From Bacteroidales bacterium (GTDB lineage: Bacteria; Bacteroidota; Bacteroidia; Bacteroidales; WCHB1-69), in assembly GCA_023229985.1 (NCBI GenBank), contig JALNYF010000003.1, positions 650 to 64,649 on the forward strand: 64,000 bases of DNA. Reading direction: 5' to 3'. The notes below the pieces were generated by a model. The model ran no database searches, was not told the origin of the DNA, and saw nothing but the letters and a program-made list of their open reading frames with translations. Made by a program: the position numbers and the translations under genes. Shown piece after piece: positions 41,297-51,874 of the stretch. Positions within the stretch are counted from its first letter, which is position 1. Every line of letters starts with the position of its first letter.

Positions 41297-42100
41297 ATGG
41301 AAGAAGAAGCCATCATTTCCCAAAACGAGAATATCGATTCATTTCAAGAAAATGTATCAGAAGAAATGAATGAACAAAATTCTGATAAACAGACTGATAC
41401 AGAAGAAATTGCACCTGTGAACACGGATGATTCTCCTATCATTGTACTGAAGAACTTGGACATCTATCAAAAAAAACTATTGATACTTTCTAAGATCAAT
41501 ATCTCCGTCAAAAGAGGCGAGTTTGTCTATTTAATCGGGAAAACAGGAAGTGGGAAATCTTCCATTCTTAAAATATTGTTCGCCGATTTACCATCTGTAG
41601 CCGACGAAGCAACTTGCGCTGGTTTTGATTTATTGAAAATAAAAACAAAAAAAATTCCTTATCTGCGCAGAAAAATAGGGATTGTCTTCCAAGACTATCA
41701 ACTTCTGTCCGATAAAACCGTTATTGACAATTTGTTATTTGCACTGAGAGCATCCGGATGGAAAGATAAAAACAGCATGCTGGACAGAGCCGAAGAAGTA
41801 TTGACGTTAGTGGGATTAGAAACCAAAGATTTCAAATATCCGCACCAATTGTCTGGCGGCGAACAACAACGCGTTTGCATTGCCCGTGCTCTGCTCAACT
41901 CACCGGAAGTAATCTTGGCTGACGAACCCACCGGCAATTTAGACCCAATCACTGCTGAAGAAATATTCTCTATCCTTCACAAAATCAATAAAAACGGCAC
42001 TACCGTCATCATGGCAACCCACAATTTTACCATGATCGACAAATTCGCTTCCCGAACGATATGTATAGAAGATGGGAAAATTATTGATTCATTAGTATAA
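41297..42100 (+). CDS. ftsE: FtsE-like ABC ATPase with ~55-aa acidic N-terminal extension
   Basis: GKTGSGKSS Walker [16 protein letters not shown] signature, [11 protein letters not shown] Walker B. The block [18 protein letters not shown] is typical of FtsE. Confidence 0.7.
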   Translation: MEEEAIISQNENIDSFQENVSEEMNEQNSDKQTDTEEIAPVNTDDSPIIVLKNLDIYQKKLLILSKINISVKRGEFVYLIGKTGSGKSSILKILFADLPSVADEATCAGFDLLKIKTKKIPYLRRKIGIVFQDYQLLSDKTVIDNLLFALRASGWKDKNSMLDRAEEVLTLVGLETKDFKYPHQLSGGEQQRVCIARALLNSPEVILADEPTGNLDPITAEEIFSILHKINKNGTTVIMATHNFTMIDKFASRTICIEDGKIIDSLV

Positions 42101-42105
42101 TATAG

Positions 42106-43002
42106 ATGATTTCAATTTGCATCGGAATTTATAATTATGATGTAACGGAATTGGTAAATGACCTTGTCAAACAAGCCAACGAAGAAAAAATCGCGTACGA
42201 AATTATTCTATTGGACGATGCCTCAGAAAGATATTTTCAACTGATTAATGCCAAGCTTGATTTCTTCCCTAACGTTACTTACTTACAGAATTTTATCAAC
42301 GTAGGCAGAGCGGTCATTCGCAATACATTAGCCTCCAAAGCAAAATACCCATACCTCCTTTTTTTAGATTGTGACGCGCAAATCTCCCACCCCGATTATC
42401 TTAAAAAATATTTTGCAGAAATACCAACCACAATCGTTTCCGGCGGCACCGAATACAGTAGCGAAAAACCGGCAAAAAATTGCAGATTGCGTTGGACATA
42501 TGGAATAAAAAGAGAGCAAAAAAGTGCAAAATTAAGAATGATCAATCCGAATTTTTCCTTTACGCCCTTCAATTTTATGATTCGCGCCGATATCTTTAAT
42601 GAAACTGCTTTTGATGAATCGGTAAAAGGCTACGGACACGAAGACACCCTATTCGGTATTGAATTGCTCCGTAAAGGAATTACCGTTCGGCATATTGACA
42701 ACCCGCTCATACACTTGGGATTAAATACGACTGACCAATATCTTCTACAAATTGAAAATGCCATTCAAAACTTGATTATTATTCAACAAAAAATAGCCGA
42801 CTCACAACAATTTATTGATAGCGTTGCTTTACTCAAAACATACCACAAACTTCGAAAAATCGGACTTGTTTCCCTGTACAAAAAATTCTATAAAATATTC
42901 AAATCACTCATAATTAAGAACCTAAAATCATCTCACCCTTCTATATTATTCTTCGATTTATATAAATTAGGATATTTATGCCAATTAAACCCCAAATTAT
43001 GA
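42106..43002 (+). CDS. Family 2 glycosyltransferase
   Basis: ISICIGIYNY..., LLDDASE and FLDCDA (DxD) motifs. Confidence 0.75.
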   Translation: MISICIGIYNYDVTELVNDLVKQANEEKIAYEIILLDDASERYFQLINAKLDFFPNVTYLQNFINVGRAVIRNTLASKAKYPYLLFLDCDAQISHPDYLKKYFAEIPTTIVSGGTEYSSEKPAKNCRLRWTYGIKREQKSAKLRMINPNFSFTPFNFMIRADIFNETAFDESVKGYGHEDTLFGIELLRKGITVRHIDNPLIHLGLNTTDQYLLQIENAIQNLIIIQQKIADSQQFIDSVALLKTYHKLRKIGLVSLYKKFYKIFKSLIIKNLKSSHPSILFFDLYKLGYLCQLNPKL

Positions 43003-44867
43003 AAAAAATATTTTTAATTACCATTATAAGTATTTGTATATCAAATATTTATTCACAGAATTTATATCGTGCGGTTCCTGATGGCAGAGTAGACAGTGTA
43101 CAAGCCGGTATTGATTTACCGATGGCATATACTGGCAAAGATGTCATCATTGGCTTCACCGATTGGGGGTTTGATTATACCCATCCTGTTTTTTATGACA
43201 CGCTGATGACCGACTACCGGATTTTGCGCGCGTGGGACCAATACCGCACGAGCGGGCCGGCACCGGACGGATTTAATTATGGGACAGAAATCATCGGACA
43301 AGCGCAACTATTAGCAGCTCAATGCGATACGTCCAATGTTTATGGATATCACTATCATGGAACGCACGCTGCTTCGATTGCCGGTGGTGCAGGCGCAGGT
43401 ACTAAATATCGCGGAGTTGCGCCGGACGCAAACTTCCTTTTTGCCTCTTTCTTAATTAGCGAACAAGCCGTTATTGATGCTTTTCATTGGATGTATAATG
43501 TGGCACAACAAGAGCAAAAACGCTTGGTTATCAACATGAGCTGGGGTCTTTATTACATGGATAACTTAGAAGGAACCGGTCGGATTGCGCAAACAATGAG
43601 GGAGCTGAGTGAACAAGGGGTCGTTTTTGTAACAAGTGCCGGCAACAATGGAGACGTGAATTTCCATCTTGGACACAGTTTTACAGGTGCAAATGATACC
43701 TTACGCAGCCAATTTCTATTCAGCAGCGATTATCCCAATATGTACGGGCAGTCGCTTTCGATGACGAACTCTCCCAATGCGCCCTTCGCAGTTGCCCTCC
43801 ACTGGATGGATAACAGTTTTAACACGTTGACAATCAGTCCTTTCTATGAAACATCAGCAGGGGACCACTACATTGATACTTTTCTCTGCGCAGGAAACGA
43901 TACTATTTTCTATAATATTGAAATAACAGCTCAAGACCCCGAGTGCAATCGACCGGAAGTGCGGCTGCGTGTGAAGAAACCGGACAACAGTAATTGGAAA
44001 ATGGGAATAACGGTAGTGGCAAATACGGGCGACTTTCACGCTTGGAACCTGATTGAATTGACGACTGACGTCGGCAACTGGGGTGAGGCATTCGCGGCTC
44101 CGAAGCAAGGCTGGACTGCCGGTGATAAGCACTACGGATTAGGTGCACCCGCCAATGTGGATTGTGCGATTTCGGTAGCAGCTCACGCTTCGCGCTATCA
44201 GTCCAATAATAACTGGTACGGTGGAAATATTTGCAATTTCTCAAGTTACGGCCCCACCATTGACCAACGCGCCAAACCGGAAATATCTGCCCCTGGTTAC
44301 AGCGTGGGTTCAGCCATCTCCAGCTATACCAACAACACTGTTTCGCGCATCAATCCCATCATTTTTCAAGGCAAATATTACTATTTTTCACTTCTCTCCG
44401 GTACTTCCATGTCATCGCCTTTTGTTGCGGGCGTCGTAGCACTCATTCTTCAAGCCAACCCGTATCTCACACCCGACCAAATCAAAGAAATCCTGATGGA
44501 AACTGCCCGACAAGATAACTTTACGGAACTAGGAGGCAGCGAGCGATTCGGAGCCGGGAAAGTCAACGCCTATCAAGCCGTCAACAAAGCATTGGAATTA
44601 GTTGGCATTCAAGATTTTAAAACAAATACCAACCGCTATTCCATATTCCCCAATCCTACCAATGATATAATTTACATTTCGGCACAAAACGACCGGACAC
44701 CCACTACCGTAGAAATTTTTAACTTTAATGGGCAAATGCTGTTCCAAACAAATCTCCATATCGGAGTTAACAAATTGAATATGAGCGACTATCCTGCAGG
44801 GTGTTACTTACTAAAAATCAGCAATATACATTATTCCTCCGTCAATAAAATAATAAAAGCACAATAA
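42999..44867 (+). CDS. S8 (subtilisin-family) serine peptidase with T9SS C-terminal sorting domain
   Basis: Triad contexts IGFTDWGFD, YHGTHAASIAGG, SAGNNG and SGTSMSSPFVAG. C-terminal YSIFPNPTNDIIYIS...GCYLLKIS CTD. ATG at 42999 (MKKIFLITIIS signal peptide) overlaps the GT2 stop (ATGA). Confidence 0.85.
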   Translation: MKKIFLITIISICISNIYSQNLYRAVPDGRVDSVQAGIDLPMAYTGKDVIIGFTDWGFDYTHPVFYDTLMTDYRILRAWDQYRTSGPAPDGFNYGTEIIGQAQLLAAQCDTSNVYGYHYHGTHAASIAGGAGAGTKYRGVAPDANFLFASFLISEQAVIDAFHWMYNVAQQEQKRLVINMSWGLYYMDNLEGTGRIAQTMRELSEQGVVFVTSAGNNGDVNFHLGHSFTGANDTLRSQFLFSSDYPNMYGQSLSMTNSPNAPFAVALHWMDNSFNTLTISPFYETSAGDHYIDTFLCAGNDTIFYNIEITAQDPECNRPEVRLRVKKPDNSNWKMGITVVANTGDFHAWNLIELTTDVGNWGEAFAAPKQGWTAGDKHYGLGAPANVDCAISVAAHASRYQSNNNWYGGNICNFSSYGPTIDQRAKPEISAPGYSVGSAISSYTNNTVSRINPIIFQGKYYYFSLLSGTSMSSPFVAGVVALILQANPYLTPDQIKEILMETARQDNFTELGGSERFGAGKVNAYQAVNKALELVGIQDFKTNTNRYSIFPNPTNDIIYISAQNDRTPTTVEIFNFNGQMLFQTNLHIGVNKLNMSDYPAGCYLLKISNIHYSSVNKIIKAQ

Positions 44868-44870
44868 ATT

Positions 44871-45071
44871 ATGGTAAAAGAAAATCCCAACTATACGGAA
44901 GCTTTTCAAGAGCTTCAAACCATTGTACAAAAAATGGAAGATGCTAACATTTCCGTTGATGAATTGACCCAAAATATTGAAAGAGCGACGTTTTTAATCA
45001 ATATTTGCAAAAATAAATTAACCAAAACGGAAGAAGAAGTAAACAAAATTATAGAAAAGAATAACGACTAA
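44871..45071 (+). CDS. xseB: Exodeoxyribonuclease VII small subunit
   Basis: 66-aa helical protein; FQELQTIVQKMEDANISVDEL matches the XseB pattern. Confidence 0.8.
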   Translation: MVKENPNYTEAFQELQTIVQKMEDANISVDELTQNIERATFLINICKNKLTKTEEEVNKIIEKNND

Positions 45072-45074
45072 CCG

Positions 45075-45719
45075 ATGCATGCAGAAATTACGCAAGAAAT
45101 AGAAGAATATTGCGAGGCACACTCCACGTCGGAAGACGATTTGCTCAATCGTTTGGATAGAGAAACGAACTTAAAAGTGCTGCGTCCGCGAATGATTTCC
45201 GGGCATTTGCAAGGTGCTTTTTTGTCATTTATTTCACGACTTTTGCGTCCTACTTCTATTTTGGAAATTGGCACATACACCGGCTACGCTGCACTCTGTT
45301 TGGCAGAAGGATTGTCGCCCGACGGAACACTGGACACCATTGAAATTGACGAAGAATTGGAAGATATTATCCAAAAATATTTCAACCAATCGCGCTATAA
45401 GGAGCAAATCATCTTACACATTGGAGATGCTCGAACCATCATTCCCACGCTGAACAAAAAATGGGATTTGGTATTTATTGATGCCGAAAAAAAAGAGTAT
45501 TTCGACTATTACGAAGCCATCCTTCCGCAAATTCAACAAGGCGGTATTATATTGATTGATAATGTATTGTGGAGTGGCAAAGTCATACAGGAGGTCAAAG
45601 AAAACGACAAAGACACCCAGTCCATCATTGATTTCAACAAGTATATACAAAACGATCAGCGAGTTAGAAATTTGCTTTTACCGCTTCGGGACGGCATTAT
45701 GATCATTGAAAAATTGTAA
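45075..45719 (+). CDS. Class I SAM-dependent O-methyltransferase (caffeoyl-CoA OMT-like)
   Basis: [15 protein letters not shown] motif [23 protein letters not shown]. Confidence 0.8.
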   Translation: MHAEITQEIEEYCEAHSTSEDDLLNRLDRETNLKVLRPRMISGHLQGAFLSFISRLLRPTSILEIGTYTGYAALCLAEGLSPDGTLDTIEIDEELEDIIQKYFNQSRYKEQIILHIGDARTIIPTLNKKWDLVFIDAEKKEYFDYYEAILPQIQQGGIILIDNVLWSGKVIQEVKENDKDTQSIIDFNKYIQNDQRVRNLLLPLRDGIMIIEKL

Positions 45720-45721
45720 CT

Positions 45722-46402
45722 ATGCGAATAGATATATTAACTTTATTTCCTGAAATGTTTGACGCTGTTTTTTCGCTTTCCATCATCAAGAAGGCGGTTA
45801 CACGCAATGAATTGGAGTTGCATTTGCATAATATCCGCGATTATTCGCAAGACAAGCACAAGCGGGTGGATGATTATCCCTTTGGCGGTGGTGCCGGCAT
45901 GGTAATGATGATACAACCGATTGCCGACTGCATACAAAAATTAAAAGCTGAAAGAAGCTACGACGCGGTACTTTTTATGGCACCGGACGGGCATACCTTT
46001 AACCAACAAAAAGCGAATCAGTTATCTCTATATGAGAATATTATAATCTTATGCGGGCACTATAAAGGCGTAGACGAACGAGTACGGGAACTCTTTATTA
46101 CGGAAGAAATCAGTATTGGGGACTATGTGCTTTCGGGAGGCGAAATAGCCGCCATGACCATTGTAGATGCCATTGCACGGCTTCTTCCCGGCGTATTAAA
46201 CGACGCGACCTCTGCCCTTTCAGATTCCTTTCAAGATGGGTTGTTATCTCCGCCGGTTTACACGCGTCCCGCTGATTATCAAGGATATAAAGTTCCCGAT
46301 GTTTTATTGTCCGGCAACGAGCGCCTCATTAACGAATGGAAATTTGAACAACAATTGGAACGCACCCGCAACCGCCGACCCGACCTATTAACCGAAATAT
46401 AA
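45722..46402 (+). CDS. trmD: tRNA (guanine37-N1)-methyltransferase
   Basis: [37 protein letters not shown] and [11 protein letters not shown] blocks. Confidence 0.95.
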   Translation: MRIDILTLFPEMFDAVFSLSIIKKAVTRNELELHLHNIRDYSQDKHKRVDDYPFGGGAGMVMMIQPIADCIQKLKAERSYDAVLFMAPDGHTFNQQKANQLSLYENIIILCGHYKGVDERVRELFITEEISIGDYVLSGGEIAAMTIVDAIARLLPGVLNDATSALSDSFQDGLLSPPVYTRPADYQGYKVPDVLLSGNERLINEWKFEQQLERTRNRRPDLLTEI

Positions 46403-46582
46403 TTTAGGGCATCATCTGCTTCGGTTTTATGTTTAAAATACTTTTGCATCTAAAAAAATGCTTCTCTAAAATAAAGACTATAAGCCAAAATGGCAATCGA
46501 TTTTATGTAAAACTCTGATTTACAATAAATTTTAATGATAAAAATTGTTGATAAAAAATCTGTCTGTTTTAATTTTTTTTTG

Positions 46583-46590
46583 TACTTTTG
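46583..46590 (+). promoter_or_regulatory. -7 box TACTTTTG upstream of the tRNA gene
   Basis: 13 nt upstream of tRNA position 1. Confidence 0.5.
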
Positions 46591-46602
46591 CAGCTCCAAA
46601 AA

Positions 46603-46676
46603 GGCGGGGTAGCTCAGATGGTTAGAGCGTCGGATTCATAACCCGGAGGTCTCGAGTTCAACTCTCGATCCCGCCA
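46603..46676 (+). tRNA. tRNA with CAT anticodon (elongator Met, or Ile2 if lysidinylated); CCA not encoded
   Basis: Manual cloverleaf: acceptor GGCGGGG/TCCCGCC, D arm GCTC-AGATGGTTA-GAGC, anticodon arm TCGGA-TTCATAA-CCCGG (one A-C mismatch at 31:39), variable AGGTC, T arm TCGAG-TTCAACT-CTCGA, discriminator A. The G1-C72 pair argues against an initiator. Confidence 0.85.
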
Positions 46677-46700
46677 CAAAACTCAAATATTGTTATACAC

Positions 46701-46741
46701 AAAATAATGCTGCTGCATATTGGCATGCACAGCATTATTTT
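46701..46741 (+). terminator. Hairpin terminator after the tRNA
   Basis: AAAATAATGCTG...CAGCATTATTTT (12-bp outer stem plus inner TGCAT/ATGCA), ending in a T-run. Confidence 0.6.
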
Positions 46742-47034
46742 GCAAGTTAGTATTCTGAAAGTTCCTCAAAAACATCAAAAAGAAATCCCCTCAACTCAAA
46801 CACTAATTACAATCAGTATTATTTTCCCCATCCATCCCTCCATTTCTCCCACAAAAAATCACAAATCATCTGACCATTACAATAATATAATAATCCCCAT
46901 ACTTTACTAATTTTGACAAGAATCATTTATATTAATCTAAATCAGGTATTTATATAGAAATAGCATAAGATTTTGGCAAAAGAAAAAATTATTTCAAAAA
47001 AAATAAAAATAGTCGCAAATTCAAAAAAAAAGTG

Positions 47035-47042
47035 TATTTTTG
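47035..47042 (+). promoter_or_regulatory. -7 box TATTTTTG upstream of rpmG
   Basis: 47 nt upstream of the ATG at 47089. Confidence 0.5.
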
Positions 47043-47088
47043 CAGCCTGAAATTAAAGAAAAGTTTGACTGATTAAAAGCAGAACAAA

Positions 47089-47277
47089 ATGGCAAAGAAG
47101 AATAAAGAAGCACGGCAACAAATAATTATGGAATGCACGGAACAAAAAGCAAGCGGAGTTCCCGGTATGTCAAGATACATTACCACCAAAAACCGTAAAA
47201 ATACAACTGAAAGATTGGAATTGAAAAAATACAATCCGTATTTGAAAAAAGTTACTGTTCATAAAGAAATTAAATAA
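47089..47277 (+). CDS. rpmG: 50S ribosomal protein L33
   Basis: [48 protein letters not shown]. Confidence 0.95.
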   Translation: MAKKNKEARQQIIMECTEQKASGVPGMSRYITTKNRKNTTERLELKKYNPYLKKVTVHKEIK

Positions 47278-47296
47278 TCGAAAAATACACTGAGAA

Positions 47297-47452
47297 ATGG
47301 CAAAGAAAGTTGTTGCAACATTAAAAAAAGAAGGCGGCGTATCTTATACGCGCGTTATCAAAATGGAACGCTCTCCCAAAACAGGTGCTTATACCTTTAA
47401 AGAAGCAATTGTTGAGTCTTCCACTGTAAAAGACTTTTTATCTAAAAAGTAA
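47297..47452 (+). CDS. DUF4295-family small protein (conserved L33 neighbour in Bacteroidota)
   Basis: Absent from the ORF track (51 aa): MAKKVVATLKKEGGVSYTRVIKMERSPKTGAYTFKEAIVESSTVKDFLSKK. Starts 19 nt after rpmG and is followed by a terminator. Confidence 0.7.
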   Translation: MAKKVVATLKKEGGVSYTRVIKMERSPKTGAYTFKEAIVESSTVKDFLSKK

Positions 47453-47472
47453 TATTTTTTTTCATGGCGTGG

Positions 47473-47510
47473 GAAGAGCTAAGATGTAAATCTTGGCTCT
47501 TTCTTTTTAT
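47473..47510 (+). terminator. Intrinsic terminator after rpmG-DUF4295
   Basis: AGAGCTAAGA-TGTAAA-TCTTGGCTCT (10 bp, one G-U) followed by TTCTTTTTAT. Confidence 0.6.
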
Positions 47511-47555
47511 ACCATAACATTTTTTCAAAATTATATATATTTGCATTTTTTCATG

Positions 47556-47563
47556 TAAATTTG
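47556..47563 (+). promoter_or_regulatory. -7 box TAAATTTG upstream of leuS (a second TATATTTG lies at 47536-47543)
   Basis: 38 nt upstream of the ATG at 47601. It lies upstream of the track's TTG start (47568), which is rejected. Confidence 0.45.
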
Positions 47564-47600
47564 CAGCTTGTTTCTAAATCATTTATCATACTTATTACCT

Positions 47601-50363
47601 ATGGAATACAATTTTACAGATGTCGAAAAACGGTGGCAACAGTATTGGAAAGACCACCATATCTACCACGTTGACGAAATAGAAAATCGCCCCAAGTTTT
47701 ATGTCTTGGACATGTTCCCCTACCCGTCCGGCGCAGGCTTGCACGTGGGACACCCGCTCGGCTACATCGCCTCCGACATCTACGCGCGCTATAAACGACA
47801 AAAAGGCTTCAACGTCCTACATCCCATGGGCTACGACGCTTTCGGACTTCCCGCCGAACAATATGCCATCCAAACCGGACAACACCCCGCCATCACGACG
47901 AAACAAAATATAACCCGCTACCGCGAACAATTGGATAAAATCGGCTTCTCCTTCGACTGGGACAGAGAATTTAAAACCTCCGACCCCGACTATTACAAAT
48001 GGACACAATGGGTTTTTATCCAACTTTTTAACCATTACTACTGTACAAAGTGCCAAAAAGCAAAACCTATCGCCGAACTGCAACAACACCTCGCTACGCA
48101 AGGGACCAACGAATTGCACGCCGCGCAATCTAAACCCCTCTCCTTTACTGCCGACGAATGGAACGCTAAAACTGAAACCGAACAACAGAATATTTTACTC
48201 AATTACCGCTTGGCATACCTCGCCGACTCGTGGGTTAATTGGTGCCCCAAGCTGGGAACCGTACTCGCTAACGACGAAGTGGTCAATGGTGTTTCAGAAC
48301 GCGGCGGATTTCCGGTAGAGCGTAAACTGATGAAACAGTGGATTTTACGCGTATCCGCTTACGCCGACCGACTTCTCAAAGGCTTGGAAACTGTGGAATG
48401 GAGCGAATCTATCAAAGAGATCCAACGCAATTGGATTGGACGTAGCGAAGGCGCATTCATCCGTTTTCAAATTGATGATAAGCCCGCCACATTAGATGTC
48501 TTTACCACAAGACCTGATACGATTTTCGGTGTTTCTTTTATGGTAATGTGTCCGGAACACGCTTTAATAGAGCAAATTACGACAGCAGAACAAAAAGCCG
48601 AAGTCGATAGTTACGTCTTTTGGGCACGCAATCGCACCGAAACGGAGCGACAAACTGAAGTTAAAAAAGTGAGTGGCGTGTTTACAGGTGCTTACGCCAT
48701 CAATCCCTTCAACGGTGAGAAAATTCCGATTTGGGTAGCCGAATATGTGCTGTCCGGCTACGGAACCGGCGGCATTATGGCTGTGCCGGCACACGATAGC
48801 CGCGACTACGCTTTCGCAAAACATTTTAACCTGCCCATTCGCGAAGTTATCGCCGGCGGCGACATCACCAAAGAAGCGTTTGAAACAAAAGAGGGAACTT
48901 GCATTAACTCCGATTTTATTAATGACCTCCCCGTAAAAGAAGGCGCCAAAAAGGTTATTGAAAAAGTTATTAGTCTTGGAATTGGCTATGGAACAGTAAA
49001 TTATAGATTGAGAGATGCTATTTTCAGCCGTCAAAGGTATTGGGGCGAACCATTTCCGGTTTATTATAAAAATGGCGTTCCATACGTGTTGCCCGAAGAA
49101 GAATTGCCTTTGCTACTTCCCGAAGTCGATAAATATCTGCCAACGGAGACCGGCGAACCGCCATTGGCACGCGCCGAAAATTGGAAAACAAAAGAGGGAT
49201 ATCCGTTGGAAAGTAGCACCATGCCCGGATTTGCAGGCTCCAGCGGCTATTATCTGAGATATATGGACCCGCATAATCCTAACGAATTGGTTTCTAAAAA
49301 GAAAAATGAATATTGGCAAAATGTGGACTTGTACGTCGGGGGGGCCGAACACGCTACCGGACACCTGATTTATTCCCGCTTTTGGAATAAATTCCTCTTT
49401 GACATCAACATCGTTTGCAAAGATGAACCCTACAAAAAGTTGATTAACCAAGGAATGATTCAGGGACGTACCAACTTCGTTTACCGTATTATCAACACCA
49501 ACCGTTTCGTCTCTTTCGGATTAAAAGATGATTATGAAGTAACTCCTATCCGCGTAGATGTCAATATTGTACACAATGATATATTGGATATTGAAGCATT
49601 TAAACATTGGCGTCCGGAATTTTTAGATGCCGACTTTATCTTGGAAGATGGGAAATATGTTTGCGGCTGGGAAGTCGAAAAGATGTCCAAGTCGAAGTAT
49701 AATGTGCAAAATCCGGATGACTTAATAGAAAGATACGGAGCGGATACTTTGAGAATGTACGAAATGTTCCTGGGACCGGTCGAATTGTCGAAACCATGGG
49801 ACACCAACGGCATTGAAGGTGTTTTCCGTTTTATCAAAAAATTCTGGAGACTTTATCACGATAAAGAGAATAATTTTGCGGTTTGTGATGACGAGCCAAC
49901 CGCTGAAGAGTACAGAATTTTGCACAAAACCATTAAAAAAATTGAGGAAGACAACGAGCGTTTCTCATTCAATACTGCGGTGAGCGCGTTTATGATTTCG
50001 GTCAATGAACTAACTGATTTAAAGTGCAATAAGCGTAAAATTTTGGAACCGATGTCCATTCTGATTTCTGCGTATGCACCCCATTTGGCAGAAGAATTAT
50101 GGCATCTTTTGGGAAATACCGATTCCGTAGTTACAGCCGATTTCCCTGCCTTTGTTGCGGATTATTTGGTAGAAACCTCCACTAAATATCCCGTATCTTT
50201 TAATGGCAAAACCCGACTACAACGTGTATTTCCGGCGGACATGTCCGTAAAAGATATTGAAAATGAGATTCTTAAAGATAGCGAAGTGATCAAATGGTTA
50301 GATGGAAAATCGCCGAGAAAAATAATTATTGTCCCTAAAAAAATTATCAACATTGTAATTTAA
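47601..50363 (+). CDS. leuS: Leucine--tRNA ligase
   Basis: [16 protein letters not shown] start, HVGHPLGY (HIGH) and KMSKSK motifs; about 920 aa. Confidence 0.97.
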   Translation: MEYNFTDVEKRWQQYWKDHHIYHVDEIENRPKFYVLDMFPYPSGAGLHVGHPLGYIASDIYARYKRQKGFNVLHPMGYDAFGLPAEQYAIQTGQHPAITTKQNITRYREQLDKIGFSFDWDREFKTSDPDYYKWTQWVFIQLFNHYYCTKCQKAKPIAELQQHLATQGTNELHAAQSKPLSFTADEWNAKTETEQQNILLNYRLAYLADSWVNWCPKLGTVLANDEVVNGVSERGGFPVERKLMKQWILRVSAYADRLLKGLETVEWSESIKEIQRNWIGRSEGAFIRFQIDDKPATLDVFTTRPDTIFGVSFMVMCPEHALIEQITTAEQKAEVDSYVFWARNRTETERQTEVKKVSGVFTGAYAINPFNGEKIPIWVAEYVLSGYGTGGIMAVPAHDSRDYAFAKHFNLPIREVIAGGDITKEAFETKEGTCINSDFINDLPVKEGAKKVIEKVISLGIGYGTVNYRLRDAIFSRQRYWGEPFPVYYKNGVPYVLPEEELPLLLPEVDKYLPTETGEPPLARAENWKTKEGYPLESSTMPGFAGSSGYYLRYMDPHNPNELVSKKKNEYWQNVDLYVGGAEHATGHLIYSRFWNKFLFDINIVCKDEPYKKLINQGMIQGRTNFVYRIINTNRFVSFGLKDDYEVTPIRVDVNIVHNDILDIEAFKHWRPEFLDADFILEDGKYVCGWEVEKMSKSKYNVQNPDDLIERYGADTLRMYEMFLGPVELSKPWDTNGIEGVFRFIKKFWRLYHDKENNFAVCDDEPTAEEYRILHKTIKKIEEDNERFSFNTAVSAFMISVNELTDLKCNKRKILEPMSILISAYAPHLAEELWHLLGNTDSVVTADFPAFVADYLVETSTKYPVSFNGKTRLQRVFPADMSVKDIENEILKDSEVIKWLDGKSPRKIIIVPKKIINIVI

Positions 50364-50367
50364 TCTT

Positions 50368-51816
50368 TTGAAACAAAAAGATTTCATCTTTAATATTGCC
50401 TTACTCATCTTTCTAAATCTGCTAATCAAGCCGTTTTGGATTTTGGGAATAGATGTTGCCGTACAGAACAGGGTCGGGGCGGAAAACTACGGACTTTATT
50501 TTGCTATTTTCAATTTTACCTATATCTTCAACGCCATTCTGGATATGGGTATTACCAATTTCAATAACCGGAATATTGCGCGCCATACCAGCCTGCTAAC
50601 TAAACACTTATCTGGAATAATTTCCCTTAAATTGCTTTTGGGAGTTGCCTATTTGCTGATAACATTTGGGGTTGCGCTCACTATCGGCTATGATTCCCTG
50701 CACCTGAAATTGCTCTTCTGGATGGCTATCAATCAGTTTTTTAATACGTTTATTCTCTATCTGCGGTCCAATATTTCTGCCCTTTTGATGTTCAAAACCG
50801 ACAGTTTTTTGTCGATTTTGGATAGATTACTGATGATTTTATTTTGCGGGGTTTTACTATGGAGTAACTGGCTCAAATCACCCTTTAAGATTGAGTATTT
50901 CGTTTACACACAAACAATTGCGTATTTTATTTCCGCACTGATTGCACTTTTTGTTGTGATAAAAAAATCTCATCTTCGAAAACTTAATTGGAATCCGGCT
51001 TTTTTTGTCCTAATTTTGAAAAAAAGTTTTCCTTTTGCGCTTCTTTACTTATTGATGTCATTCTATAACCGCATTGATTCGGTCATGATAGAGCGAATTT
51101 TGCCGGGTGAAATATCTACGATGCAAGCGGGAGTTTACGCCTCTGCATTTCGATTGTTAGATGCCTTGGTGATGATTTCCTACCTGTTTTCCGTTATTTT
51201 ATTGCCGCTTTTTTCTAAAATGCTCAAAGATAAAGATGATTTGTCTTCCATCATCAGAAGTTCTTTTGCATTGCTTTTCTTTTTCTCTGTAACCGCTGTG
51301 GTATTGTTGTTGAATTATCGGATTCCTATTTTGGAATTACTTTACAATGAGCATATTGCAGAAAGTGCAGCCGTTTTCAGTTTTTTGATACCGTGCCTGA
51401 TTCCCATTTCATTCACCTATATTTTTGGCACATTACTGACCGCGAACGGCAACATGCGATTATTGAATTGGTCGGCGGTGGTCGGCATTGTAATCAATTT
51501 AATCGTCAATTTTATTTTGATACCGCGATTGTATGCGCAGGGAGCCGCCATTGCAAGTTTAGCCACACAATCAATGATGGCTGTAATACAGACCGTTATT
51601 GCTTTTAGAATTTTAAAAATACCGTTATCGAACATACCGTTGCTTCGCAGTATTTTGTTTGCCGCGATTCTCATCATTGGCACGCATTATTTTGCCATTT
51701 ATTTTCATGGGAATCTGATTATTTCTCTATCCATTTGCGCATTATTTGCCTGTATTACAGCTTTTTGTACGAAATTGATATCATTCAATTTCTGGAAAGA
51801 GTTTTCGCGGAAGTAA
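50368..51816 (+). CDS. Wzx-like oligosaccharide/polysaccharide flippase (MOP superfamily), TTG start
   Basis: About 12-14 hydrophobic helices with N-terminal KDFIFNIALLIFLNLLIKPFW.... The only in-frame start near the 5' end is a TTG 4 nt after the leuS stop. Confidence 0.65.
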   Translation: MKQKDFIFNIALLIFLNLLIKPFWILGIDVAVQNRVGAENYGLYFAIFNFTYIFNAILDMGITNFNNRNIARHTSLLTKHLSGIISLKLLLGVAYLLITFGVALTIGYDSLHLKLLFWMAINQFFNTFILYLRSNISALLMFKTDSFLSILDRLLMILFCGVLLWSNWLKSPFKIEYFVYTQTIAYFISALIALFVVIKKSHLRKLNWNPAFFVLILKKSFPFALLYLLMSFYNRIDSVMIERILPGEISTMQAGVYASAFRLLDALVMISYLFSVILLPLFSKMLKDKDDLSSIIRSSFALLFFFSVTAVVLLLNYRIPILELLYNEHIAESAAVFSFLIPCLIPISFTYIFGTLLTANGNMRLLNWSAVVGIVINLIVNFILIPRLYAQGAAIASLATQSMMAVIQTVIAFRILKIPLSNIPLLRSILFAAILIIGTHYFAIYFHGNLIISLSICALFACITAFCTKLISFNFWKEFSRK

Positions 51817-51843
51817 GCATCTCAACAGTATCGAAACTTCATG

Positions 51844-51851
51844 TATCTTTG
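51844..51851 (+). promoter_or_regulatory. -7 box TATCTTTG upstream of the deacetylase-like gene
   Basis: 24 nt upstream of the ATG at 51875. Confidence 0.45.
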
Positions 51852-51874
51852 CACATAATTTCAAAACAATCAAT

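Noticed and set aside
46603-46676. Initiator tRNA-fMet assignment for the CAT tRNA
   Set aside because: Positions 1:72 form a normal G-C pair and the anticodon stem lacks the three consecutive G-C pairs typical of bacterial initiators. It is an elongator Met or tRNA-Ile2; I cannot distinguish these by eye.
46707-46910. 67-aa ORF downstream of the tRNA
   Set aside because: It starts inside the tRNA terminator hairpin, has a low-complexity product (His/Ile/Pro/Ser-rich) and has no promoter box.
46603-47030. tRNA gene plus ORF-free spacer as a possible integration site or genomic-island boundary
   Set aside because: There is no integrase, no direct repeat of the tRNA 3' end and no mobile genes on either side. 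The flanks are housekeeping (trmD, rpmG).
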